Of a DNA stretch of 64,000 nt, positions 52,601 to 63,979 are shown piece by piece. Under the pieces are notes generated by a model. That model had not been told where the DNA came from. It did not search any database and worked only from the letters and a program-made list of their open reading frames with translations. Numbering within the stretch: position 1 is the first letter of the stretch; the number at the start of each line of letters is the position of its first letter. Source of the stretch: Pocillopora damicornis (lineage: Eukaryota); assembly GCF_003704095.1 (NCBI RefSeq), contig NW_020846086.1:496001-560000 (forward strand), in the 5' to 3' direction. Position numbers and translations under genes: made by a program.

Positions 52601-53340
52601 AATGTTTGAAGGAAAGTGAGGAGAATATCTATGTTGAAGTGAGGGTCAAAAAGGGTAAAAGCCCATTTCTTTAAACATAAATTCAGTACAAAACAGGATA
52701 CATCAATCTGAGCATTAGGAGGGTTTCAGGAATAAACCCCAAAAGCTCAAGAGCTCGCTTATACCCCAAAACCTCATTGTAGGGTGTATATCGTGCATTG
52801 AGTTTTAGAATGTTGCAGCAGGTCGTATAGAAAATTTCCAATTCGTCAAGTTCTACGGTGGGTTTCCTTCATAAGGGAACGAATTTAGGTCGCCTACAGT
52901 TGATCAAGTTACACTTCTTGAGTGGGTTATGATGTAATACCCTTTCAATGATTGCAAGGAATAGGGGGCCGGGAAGGTCACCTTTTCAGAACATCATCCT
53001 TAACCACTATCCAAGGCGAATACACCATTAGACTATCAAACTTCCAGTGGAAAAAAAATACTCACCTACAGCACTGTCTAGATAAACTCCAATTCCATCC
53101 TCCTAATGAATGGCGAACCCTCCCGGCAAATGCGCAAGAAAATCGTCTTTCACAAGGATCGAGTTGAAAAGCCGGTAAGCGGTTTTTTAACACAAAATTA
53201 ACACTCGAAGAACGGATACTAGATGCATGACGTTTACAAACTGCTTCAAATTCTCTCAAACCAAGGCTGAAATTCCGGCAAGTGAAATTTTTGCGAGATG
53301 ACAAAATTACATAAGGACATGTGTATATTGCTCCCGCCAT
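46601..53340 (-). CDS. PDSS1: Decaprenyl-diphosphate synthase subunit 1 (all-trans polyprenyl-PP synthase), ~426 aa, 9 exons
   Basis: Exons (minus): 53340-53066, 51743-51650, 50307-50177, 49966-49713, 49451-49342, 48614-48534, 48407-48294, 47669-47589, 46741-46601. Total 1281 nt. YYFDGQGKYIRP, EMIHTASLVHDDVID (first Asp-rich motif), RRG, GEFMQLG, KTYKKTASL, GMAFQVVDDILDF (second Asp-rich motif), GKPTATDLRLGLATAPVLFA. Arg/Ser-rich presequence-like N-terminus. Confidence 0.96.
48157..48264. repeat. Perfect 20-bp minisatellite (TTTTTTAACTGACATGAACC) x5.4 in PDSS1 intron 7
   Basis: Exact 20-nt period with no mismatches. Confidence 0.95.
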
Positions 53341-53401
53341 CTTGAATCTTCATTTCTAGAGCCAAGGCTTTTTCTGGCTCCTACGCAGAGTGGAAGGAAA
53401 C

Positions 53402-53654
53402 CTGGGCCGGGTTGTTCAAAGCTGGGTTTGCTGGGTTAAGAAAACCCAGGGTTAGTGTAAACGCAGATTTCAGATCTGATAGCTTTAAAAAAAAATTCAG
53501 TAGAATTCTTTTTGTTAGAGTATGACTCTTTGATACTCTAAAAAGTGCACAGGACATTATCCCAAAAAGGCTTTTGAATAAAGGAATGATTAAACCCAGA
53601 TTAAATTTTTAACCTTGGGTTAGCGCTAATCAGCCTTCGAACAACCGGGCCCAG
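53402..53654. mobile_element. Harbinger-like MITE inside the PDSS1/HMGA promoter
   Basis: TIRs CTGGGCCGGGTTGTTC / GAACAACCGGGCCCAG (1 mismatch). Remnants with similar ends at ~3005-3118 and ~58625-58768. Confidence 0.75.
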
Positions 53655-53681
53655 TGAACTATAACTTCTGACAGATAACCT

Positions 53682-53697
53682 CGCAATGCATGCTGGG
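53682..53697 (-). promoter_or_regulatory. ZNF143/Staf-type binding site in the PDSS1/HMGA divergent promoter
   Basis: Minus strand reads CCCAGCATGCATTGCG, which fits the Staf core CCCRNMATSCMYYRCR at all 16 positions. Confidence 0.55.
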
Positions 53698-54121
53698 GTA
53701 TGTTGATAGCGTCCTCCTCCTAGCGTCGCTTCGATTTATTGTTTTGATTGTTTGTCTTGTGTTTTCCCAACGGTCAACTACTTTGCAGTTCTCAGGTGTG
53801 CGTAGCTAATTTAGGGTAAGTTTTTAATCCATTCCTGTCGCTCCGCTTTTAGAACAGTGATTATTTGCACCACAATTGTTTCGTCTACTCGCTTAGTGAA
53901 GTCTAAGAGTCTCGCGTGATATTTTCGCGCCATCAATTTGCGTTTCGTCCCTCTGGGTGATCTTCGCTACAAGAGTTGTTTTTAAGATTTTACATCGCAA
54001 CTGCACCCTTCAGAAAAAATGTCAATTTAATTCTGTGTTTATTCCAGTTCTGCATTGCTAAAATAGCCGTAATCATTTCAGGATTCCCCAGTAGAGTGTA
54101 GAAAAAGAACAAGTGACCAGA

Positions 54122-54391
54122 ATGCCTGACGTAGATGCAGCCGCTAACTCTGCGAAAAAGCGTGGTCGTCCTCCAAAGGCACCCGCTCCAGCTGCTGACG
54201 AATCTGATGAGCCTGTCGTCAAAAGAGGCAGGGGTCGACCCAAGGGCTCGAAATCAGCAAAAAAGAAGGAGACAGTTTCTAAACCTTCGGGTCCAAAGCG
54301 ACCTCGCGGACGTCCAAAGGGTTCGTTTAAGAAGAAGCCACCGACTGTAGAATCGAACGAGAAGAAAAGTCCAAAGAAAGGTAGCGAGTGA
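54122..54391 (+). CDS. HMGA-like small AT-hook chromatin protein, 89 aa
   Basis: Three AT-hooks: KKRGRPPK, KRGRGRPKGSK, KRPRGRPKGS. Probable 5'UTR intron 53816-54081 (G|GTAAG donor, TTTCAG acceptor). AATAAA at 54965. Confidence 0.85.
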   Translation: MPDVDAAANSAKKRGRPPKAPAPAADESDEPVVKRGRGRPKGSKSAKKKETVSKPSGPKRPRGRPKGSFKKKPPTVESNEKKSPKKGSE

Positions 54392-56942
54392 AGAAAGAAC
54401 ATGGAATCTCGGCGATCTCCTAGCGTTCCAGACACTGTATCACAAAGACACGAGAAAAGTTACTTTGTATATCTATATACATCATGTTACATATATGCTT
54501 TGTTTTTCTGCTACGTACATGCGTGTTGAACTTGTAACTCGAAACGTTTCTTATAAGCATGTTTGTTTCACTAGCGAATTGCTCTTGGACGAACCCTTCG
54601 ACTTGAGCGAAAGTGGCACTCTAGTTCTACGTCATTATTTATTTATTTTCGTTTTCATGGCAAATCTGACTTATGCAGCTCTATAAAAAATCGGAACTTC
54701 CGTTTGTATCTGATGAAAACAATGTCACATAGTACTCATTCCTTTCATTTCTGGATTTTAAGACTGCTTAACAGAGTGTTGGTGCATCAGAAATTTACTC
54801 TGATTCCTTGTATTATTGATATTTGTTAACAACTGCTCTGAGTATTGATCCTATTTTTGTATTGTAGAACTGAAGTTATATCAATTTCAACAAAAACTGT
54901 TGACGTACGTAGATACTGTGTTAATGTCAAATGTCAAAGGCTTGTATACATTTGTTGTCTTAGTAATAAAGTTTACTTCGAAGTCTTTCATTTTTGAGCT
55001 GTTTTCGTGTGTTTTGTAATGTTTTAATTTTTTTATTGTGTGTTTCTTTTGATGTTTGGACTTCATTATCTGAATTGGTCATTTCGAGGAGAAACGTGAT
55101 TCAACAATTCGCATCGCTCCAACTGCCGCATGAAGACCATCAGATTGTTCTTGGAGTGCGTTTTGTTTTCCCGGAATGTTCTTTGGATAGGGAAAGTCAT
55201 CATAAGGCAAATATCTATATTTTGGCAAAAAACGTAAGGCCCTGGAAAAATTTGCGGTACAATAATGTTCGCTAGATTTTGATTTTCTCTTCATGTTACA
55301 AATGGACACAAAATAAGTTAGTTTTAGTTTCCATGCTTTTAATTTGTGGAAGTTTGTTAAAATTGAGCAGAGGCTAGAATTAAATTTTTGGTTCTAATGG
55401 TGATAATACCCTTGTTTTGAATTAAATTTTGGTTAACATTTTTTTCTCATAAATATTTTCAGCCCCACTCAACTTTTGAGGAGCTTAGTAGAGATCAGAC
55501 TATTTTAGATGCCTTGAATGAACTAAACCTTCCATTTATGTAAAATTTTAAGATTGGGCAATTAATCCCTGTTATCTCAAAGAGCCTCATTTCAAGGGGT
55601 GGACATTGCCTGCTCAAAGTTTGGCATCAGATCTTTACTTTGAGGTAAACTGCATGTCTAACCCCTGACAAGTGAGAGATGCAGATGCTTTTTAGAAAGT
55701 AGATTGCTGGCTTTCATGCATCTGTTCTGTACTGGATCACAGATGTCATAAAATTGTGGTTAGAACAAGAAGGTGGCACCAAAGGTGTAGCTGATCATGT
55801 CACTGATAGTCTAACTACGATTGACGTCTGTGTTCTTATACTGAACAGACCAACAGCTATATGGATCTATTTCTTCAATATAATAAAGAAGAAAAATGTT
55901 GTTAACCCTTTAAATTCCAGATCAAATGTGTAACTCTCCTTACTGTCAACCATACAGTTCATATAATGTTAGTTCAGAGAATTTAGCATTGGATCAACTT
56001 ATTATCCCCAAATTAGTATTTTTCCTTATTCTCATCACTTATCTGGTTGATATTGTATTGATATTGTAAGGAGAAATTCTGTCTTGGTCACTCAATGGAT
56101 TTTTAACAGTGTTGTCAGCTATGCATCTGTTCTCTAATAGATCGTAAGAATGAACAAATCAAAATGTACATGGCATTTGGCTTATTAGAAATGTTTATTA
56201 GTTATTGTGGCATATCATATACAAGACATATGCAACCCTGTTTGACCCAAGATTGACCAGCATCAGCAAATAGTATTACCTCATTGTAAGCAATCACAAA
56301 ATGTGTTATGCAGGTGACACCCTTCACACTTCTTCTACTCTAACAAATTATCTCAGTAGAACTTTTGATCTGTATCAAAAATCGAAAAGGAAACTCGTTC
56401 AGAATGACAAATTTTTTTTTTTTTCTGCAGACTTCACTTCTTCCCTTCCCAGACCTTCCTTTTTCCCGCCCACTCGACCCAGGCTGTGCTGTTTACTCAT
56501 GGACGGGAAATTGGAACGGGATAAACAAAAAATCCCATTTGACATTGCAAAATCGCCAAGGATTCCCAGCACGTAGCGTTGGTCTTTGAACTTTCTTGAC
56601 CCAAAAATAACTTGAGGTGACAAATAGTGTTATCTTTAGGCCTCCTAAGCCTTCGGATGGTCACAGATTGATCAAAGTCGACTAGAACCGAAACTTGAAA
56701 CCTTATGCGCCACACGCTTGGCGCGCTTCAGAAAAGGATTCAGTGGTTAAACACTGATCTCAACTTAAAATTGTTCTTATTTGAACTGTGATCGAACGGA
56801 TCATTTTTTCTGTGCTTCTAACGAATATTTTGCAAGCCAAAAAGCTTTCGAAACTTCAAGGCGGGAGATTGTTGTTTTACAAGGGATTATGTCGGCAAAT
56901 TTTTTAGCAAGGGTCCCGATCTTATGGTTAAGTGGTTGAACG

Positions 56943-59667
56943 ATGGAGGTAAATAGCGATGGAAGCGATGAAGAACAGATATTTTACGATACGGTTAGAG
57001 AATATGTGGTTAGTATTGATCGATTCTTTTCAGTAATTTAGTTATGCATATAAATTACATAGAAATACAAGCTCTGAATTTATAAGGACATGATACTTAA
57101 TTGCGGTTGAAAGTCACTCCGATAAAACTGTTAGGGGCACAACTCATACCAAAAATACTGAGTCGTTATGTTGACTAACCCCACATATATTGCAAACCTG
57201 GTTTTAATACGTTTGTACTTTTGTGAAGATCTCTTGTAATTTAGAAACATAATACTTAGTCAGCCACAGATATTGCCAATAAAATGTTTAACATGAGATC
57301 ATTGAAATATTGTTGCCTTAATGATCACCAAGTTTATTTTACTTTTGTTATAGATATCTTTGCTTGTGTTTATCATTTTGTATGGAATTTCTCATGCCAT
57401 CCTAAGCACCTACAAAAGAAGGAGAGATGAACTTGATTCAGGTTAGAAAGATAATGTTTATATTCCAATTAACACTTTGTTTCTCTCCTTGATATCCACA
57501 CTGAAAGTCACTTTTCATCTCTACTAGCTCCAGGGATATATTGAGATTTCCTAATTATTGCAGTTTGGTTACCATTTTGAAAACAGCTCAGTAATCTGAC
57601 GACACAAACAGGATTAATGGGAAGAGAACAGTGTGGGCAGAATTAGTTCAAATGTTGTGATGTATAAGATAAAAAAAGTTGCTAATTGGTTATCTGCTTC
57701 TCTATTTTCATTTCACATGTACACTAGTTTGAAATGTCCTGTAGGTCAAGTCTGTTATGTCATCAGAAAGTATCAGGTTGCTGAGCAAGATTCAAAATTG
57801 TGGCAGGGTGGTCTCATTTTTTCACATTTTGAAAACTTAGGATGTAGTTTTGAAACTAAAAAAATGCAGTTTTTGTCATTATTTATACTTTTTAAGATTA
57901 AAAAAGTTTTGTGGTTTTTTGGAGCATGTTTCTTTAACCTGTTAACTCCCAAGATCTGATTGTTAATTTGCCCCTCTAGCTGCCACACATTTTCTTTTTA
58001 ATTAGTTACCAAAATTGGTGTTAGATCAAGGTAACAACTTCTACCTGATAAATATGAGTATTCTCATTACCTGTTTGCGTGGATAGTGTGTGGTTATTAA
58101 AGGGAGAAGTTACAAGGTGATAATTTCTGATAGTTTTAAGGTTACCTTTTCAATTGTTAAGAGTAACAAGGATGTATTGAGTTGTAATATTTTAGCTCAG
58201 TGTCACTTTGGTAGGTAATGAGAATTAAAAAAAAAGCATTTCTGTGTAAACTGGGGTACACAAGAATAAGCACCAAATTCTCAGAAGAGGTGACAAAGAA
58301 ATGCATGGCTATCAGTTAGATTTTACATTTCGGTAGTTGATGGGCTGAACTGGAATGCCATGTAGTGACTGTTGACAATACTTTTGTTCCAAACATCTTA
58401 GTGATTTGAAATCATCACAGTCTAATTATCTTTAATTGTGAGCCCCCCTCTTGGAATAATTTCTAAAGTCCTGAATTTTCTTATTATATTTAATTATATA
58501 TCAGAAAACCCTTTGGTTCAGGTGTGAATGAAATAGCAATTCTAGCCTTGTAAAATATTTCTTCTTTTTTTTATGTAGATGATGAAGATGCATTTGTTTA
58601 TCGGATATCGTAAGTACTTTAGGATCCAGTGGTTCATATGGCAGATAATGCTATCCAATAGATAAATTGCTACCCAGCAGATAAGTGTCAACAAAACATA
58701 CTGCACTATTCATTGGATAGAGATTTATTCACTGGATAGCATTATCCACACTTCAAATGACCAGGGCTTGATTTTCTCCCTGCTGTTTTAACTGCTCTTA
58801 AATTTGTTCCTATTCATGCTGATTATTAAATCTGACTTGTGCAACTGGTTGTGTTGTAGCTTTTGGTTATGTACGTTCACCCTCACAGTGTCCCTTGGTG
58901 CTGTCCTTCTGCTTCCAATGTCCATCTTCAGTAATGAAATTATGATAATGTATCCCAACAGTTACTACATCAAATGGCTCAATGGTTCTCTTATTCATGG
59001 TAAGGGAATATAGTTACTGCACAAGGTTACTGAACCATTTTAAATACCAAATCTGCAAGGAGATTTCATCTTAATTTGTATACTAGATCTGATTCTTAAT
59101 TCTCCCCTCAAGCTTTCAGACATTTTCATGTTAATTAGTTACAAAAATTTGGTGCTACATGTAGATTAAGATAACAACCTCTACTTGATACAGGTTTGAG
59201 TACTTTCATAACCTTTTTGCTGTATAATATTTATTTATTTGTTTATTAACTTCGCCATACAACAACAATCAAAATAAATTTGGTAATTTAGTGTTAACAA
59301 CTGAGTTGAAAACATAAATTGGCCACTGTCAGAATTGCTCTGACGAAGGGCTAATGCTTGAAACATCAGCTTTTTTACTCTTTATGGTGGCCAATTAACG
59401 TTTTCAACTCAGTTGTTAACACTAAATAGACCATTTTACAGTTGTGTACTTAGTTGCCAAGCCTTTGATTTGGAGTGAGGCTGAAGGTGACCTTGTTGTT
59501 ATAGAGACCAGTATCTAGTTAGCATGATAACAAAGTCATTTGCATTTGAAAAGCAGTAGGGTTTGTATCATAAGAAGGTCACCCTTAGCCTCATTCCTGT
59601 TCAAAGGCTTGGCAACCAAGCACACAACTGTAAAATGGACTATTACCAGCTATACTCTCCCACCAAT

Positions 59668-59702
<35 letters not shown>

Positions 59703-62700
59703 AATTCATTAATCAAAATAAATAGATTATAGAAAATGACAAAAAAATGACAAAAAATGGCAGGGACATGGCATCAGTGTAGCTAATAACAGCGGGATAT
59801 ATGGATATTATAGGGAGAAGTAACTTGTTACTAACTTCTGGAAGTTAAAGGTTAATGAAGTGTTCCTTAGTTACATTATAGTAACTGAAGTAGAATGTTT
59901 GATTGCTGTAGGTCCTAAAACTTAGTGTTACTTATGTACTGTTCATACTGATTTCCTTGATAGTTATGTAAAACTCATCTCTTGTTTGACAGTTTACTAA
60001 CTGTTTGTGAAACCTAGAACATATTTAAACTCAGTGTGGTTAACTAGCAACCTGACAGACAGCTTACCAAAAAGCAGTGCAACTTTCAAAATCTGCATGA
60101 GTTGTGTTGTTGCTAACCTCACTCAAAAACAGACCCATCAGTTTAATAAAAAAAAAAAAAACAGACTTGAGACAGACGAAAAAACAGTCTTCACTTCATA
60201 GTTGTTCAGAAAGTCTTCTGAAATGACTTTTTTGCTCAGCTGGTATAAGTAAAATAATTTACACATCATCATGGTTGTATTTGTTCATTGCAGTCTTCTT
60301 TTTGGCTCTAATTTATACAGGAATGTGGAACCAGATATTTTTAGGCTCATACATGTCACTCTTTGTGGCTATCCCTTTTGCCTACTTTTTCATGGAGTCG
60401 GAGGGATTTGCAGGATCCAGAAAGGTAAATTGTGTTTAGAACTGGTGTACAGTTACAGGGTATTCTAACTTGATTAAGATACTAAGTACAGTTGTAAGTG
60501 GGCTGAGTGCTAACAGTGGCAGCCTTGGTTTTTGTTCTCGGAACAGGGGGAAGGAGGGAGTGAAGGCCTCTTTTTGATCTGTTCATAGTGGAAACAAGTG
60601 GGTGTTGATCTCCCACTACCCCGACCTGTTGTTCCACTTCTTGTACCTTTGAGTACTATTTCCCTTTCTTTATTATACAACACTGAATATTAATGATAAC
60701 TATAAAAATGTAACAAGCTGAGTGATACATGCATTTGATTGGTTCTTAGTAATGATCTCTCAGAGAAAAGATATAGGCATGACATAAACATTGACAACAT
60801 TTAGCTACTTTGTTATATAAAACAAGATCATTCCAAATTGACATGAGTCCTCCAGCAATAGATCACATTGTGGTAAGAATATAAAGAACACACTCAGCTT
60901 AGCTTGATGTGCCAGTTTTTTGCTCTTACCACATTTTTACATTATTTGTGATCTGTTACTGAACAAAGGCACAGCAACAAAAACTATTTGTAAAATAGGT
61001 GTTTGTACTTTAGCCTAAATTCTAAGTTCATCTCCTTGCCTTGTTCCAGCAAATAGACACCTGGTACTTTTTACTAGTTTGCCGTTGTGCATATGAGCCC
61101 CCACCTTCCAAACCCTCTTTCTTTTCCAGCTTCCCCAATCCCTTTCATCTTTCTCTTGATGGAAGGAGTAAGGGAATTTGATAATAAAAGATAGATGTTT
61201 CCACATGCAAGAACTGATGTTTTGCAGGGTATTATGGCTCGAGTCTATGAGACATCAGTTGTTCTGATTCTACTTGCAATTCTGGTCACAAGCATTGTGT
61301 GGGTGGGACTAGCATTGATTGACAGAGGACGCACAACCGATGAAGGTAATTATAATGAGCCCAAGCCTGCAACCACACTTCACTATCTGCAAAATGCACC
61401 AGCTATTTCGAATACCTGTCACCGCTAGAGTCCTTGTCCTTTGGAGGGGTCATTGACCTGAAGTGTATCACAGCTAGGTTACTCAAAATCTTTTGACAAC
61501 CCAAATTAGGTTTCAATTTTATGAGGAAAATATAATATGTGACTAACATGAAACAGGCTGTTCATAATTTTATGTATTTGACAATGAAACTTATAATAAT
61601 GGGCAATTATGGGATGAGGTTGGGCATGATGTCATGAATTATCAATACTGAGGTCTGAGTGATTTGTTGAAGCTGAAGGCTGAGGCAATAATGCAGACTG
61701 AGAATTCAGTTTTTACTGTCTTTTTTTAAAAATTTTTTAAACAATCTGCAAAAAGGATACTTACCTCTGAGTTTGCTAAAGTTTAAAGAACACTGCATTA
61801 TTAAAGGGCTGGGAATCTAGGCAGACTTTGAACTAGACATGATTGTAAACCCAATATTGGCAGCAGATATTGGGTTATCCTGTCAACTTCACAAGCTATT
61901 GTATTTTGACTGTATGCTCTTTACCAATCAGAGTTTTCATATTAAGGCTAATGTATTTAATAACTTGCATGTGTTGTGTAATACCAGAACTTAAAAGGGC
62001 TCAAACAATTCACCAGTGATGTTTCCTACTTTAAGTTTGAAGCATTGGAGTGAATGAATGTGACCTTTGAGAAAATGTTTTTTTTTCCTTAACCCTTTAA
62101 CCCCTAAGAGTGACTAGCATCTAATTTCTCCTTACAATATCACCACTGAATCACACATTAATGTCATGAGAATAAAGGAAATGATCACCAACTAAAGAAA
62201 CTCTTGATTGTTAGACAAATTCTCCTTGTCAGCACCTTAGTAAATGTACAGAGAACAGTAAGGAGAATATGAATAATGATGTTGGGGTGTAAAGGGTTAA
62301 ACTTTTTAATAACTGTAACAACTACTAAAAAGTTGTTATTTGGTTTTCACAGAGGCTTGGGTTCCTGGTCTTCCATTCATATATTCATGCATATCACTTC
62401 TTGGAGCCCTGATGCTTCTGCGTAAGTACTGTAACTGTAAATGTACCAATTAAAACATTACCTTGAGAGAGTTTTGTTGGACATGCAAGCTCATTATCCT
62501 ACAGTTATTTAATCTGTGTTGTGATAATTAATCCAAAGTGCTTGTCAAATAAATGTTGTACAAGTTTTTCAAGGAGCTCTGTCACTTTTCTTTGGCTAGT
62601 CTGCACACCTGTTGGATTTGCACGGATGTTCACTGTCCTGGGCCAATATGTGGTGAAACCTCAGGTAATCTTTTTACAACAATAGTAATCATTTTTCTGA

Positions 62701-63979
62701 CAGCCTCGGAATGGTATCAGTAGAGAGTTACATAGAGGTGCATTTTGTAAGTGTATGTGTTGATGATCATGTTCAATGATCTTGTATCAGTAAAATTTAA
62801 AGAAATATGAATCAGAAATGCATGTATGAAATGTTTCAAAATGAATAACCTCTGGCTGAAAAAAAATGCTGCAGCTGATCACAGAAATTATCTTACTCTT
62901 GGCATATCACATATAACACTGCCCCCCACATGTTAGGGGGTAGTGTTGTTAATGAGTGACGTATTGATTTTTTATTAAAATTTACTGTAATTGCAACAAC
63001 CATGAGATTTCTTTATGTCTCAGAAGAAGAAATAAACTCAACATTGAGAGGAAATACAGTTGCTTTGATTATCATCTGAAGAAAAACAGACTTAAGTAAT
63101 TTTTCTTCACAGATATTCTCTAAAGTAATCTTTGAGACATTGTTGATTGTTGGAATGAACTGTGCAGACTAATCTATTGATAAGGCACTTTGATTAATAA
63201 CAGCTTTTCTTTGACCTTTTTTTATTTCCTTGATCTTTAGTTTCTTCGAGATCTGGACAATGAAAGAAGTGCCATAGAGTTAGAGGAAGAGAGTGTGAAA
63301 AGGAAAATGAATGGTATGAAGTTTTCTCTTTGTATTTTTAAATACAGTTGAACCTGTTTTAAGCAGCACTGTATTAAACAGTCACCTTGTCTTAAGTGGT
63401 TGGTTTCCAAAGTCCCAAATTTTTTTATCCCTTAATTTCTATAAATTTCACCTCCATTAAGTGGTCATAATCACCCTTGACTGAGTCCCAACGGCCTGTA
63501 TGTATCATTCTCCACCGTTATTTAGTGAGTTGTGATACAACTTCAAATTCTCTTTTGTTTAAAAGGAAATATGAGCCAATCTGAAAGGAGAATATAGAAT
63601 TCTATCAGAAGTCACTTAGGGTTTCTTTCAATTCACTCTTTCATTTTGTACGTGAGAAAGGTGTTAGGAATCATTTATATGGGTGTGTGTACTGCACAGG
63701 ACTAACTCCCTGTTCCCTTTGGTAGATCAAAATAAATACTTTATCAACTGTACTGTTGTTCTCTCATCAGTGATTATGGAATTTGAGGGTCGAATCTCAC
63801 CCAGCTATCTGGCTTCAATTTTTGGGTGCCCATCACCTCATTCTAAGGTTTTAAAGTTACTGTCAACCACTTTGTGCTTTGTAATTTTTCAGGTTATAGC
63901 AATGGAATGACCATGCACAATGGCATTGATCACAATCCAAATAAATTAAAACAACTGGAGGTTCAAAGACTGGAGCTTG
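56943..63979 (+). CDS. LMBR1: Limb region 1 protein homolog (LMBR1/LMBR1L family), 5' portion, continues beyond window
   Basis: Exons: 56943-57008, 57354-57441, 58579-58609 (31 nt), 58860-58999, 60321-60424, 61228-61345, 62353-62421, 62600-62664, 63241-63313, 63893-63979. Phases agree. EQIFYDTVRE, DEDAFVYRIS, CTFTLTVSLGAVLLLPMSIFSNE, YYIKWLNGSLIHG, ESEGFAGSRKG, LPFIYSCIS, LCTPVGFARMF. Likely co-ortholog of vertebrate LMBR1 and LMBR1L. Confidence 0.94.
59280..59710. mobile_element. Penelope-derived element with inverted arm and hammerhead motif, interrupted by a MITE
   Basis: 13-bp TSD AATCAAAATAAAT at 59267-59279 and 59711-59723. Inverted arms at ~59287-59326 and ~59387-59427. Hammerhead-like GCTCTGACGAAGGGCTAATGCTTGAAACATCAGC at 59337-59370. 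Confidence 0.78.
59428..59641. mobile_element. MITE with ~40-bp TIRs and AT target duplication (ISL2EU / PIF-Harbinger-related)
   Basis: AGACCATTTTACAGTTGTGTACTTAGTTGCCAAGCCTTTGA ... TCAAAGGCTTGGCAACCAAGCACACAACTGTAAAATGGACT. Removing it plus one AT restores ACTAAATTACC, the complement of the host element's other arm. Confidence 0.8.
62089..62300. mobile_element. piggyBac-type MITE (TTAA-CCCT...AGGG-TTAA), best-preserved copy of an abundant ~200-bp family
   Basis: TTAA at both ends and CCCTTTA/TAAAGGG termini. Related copies at ~25110-25313, ~26370-26575, ~50737-50931, ~50936-51138, ~55902-56110, ~57933-58144 and ~59085-59834 (interrupted). Confidence 0.8.

Noticed and set aside
54710-54803. 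Box C/D snoRNA (TGATGA...CTGA)
   Set aside because: It lies in the probable HMGA 3'UTR, with a weak terminal stem and no recognisable rRNA guide.
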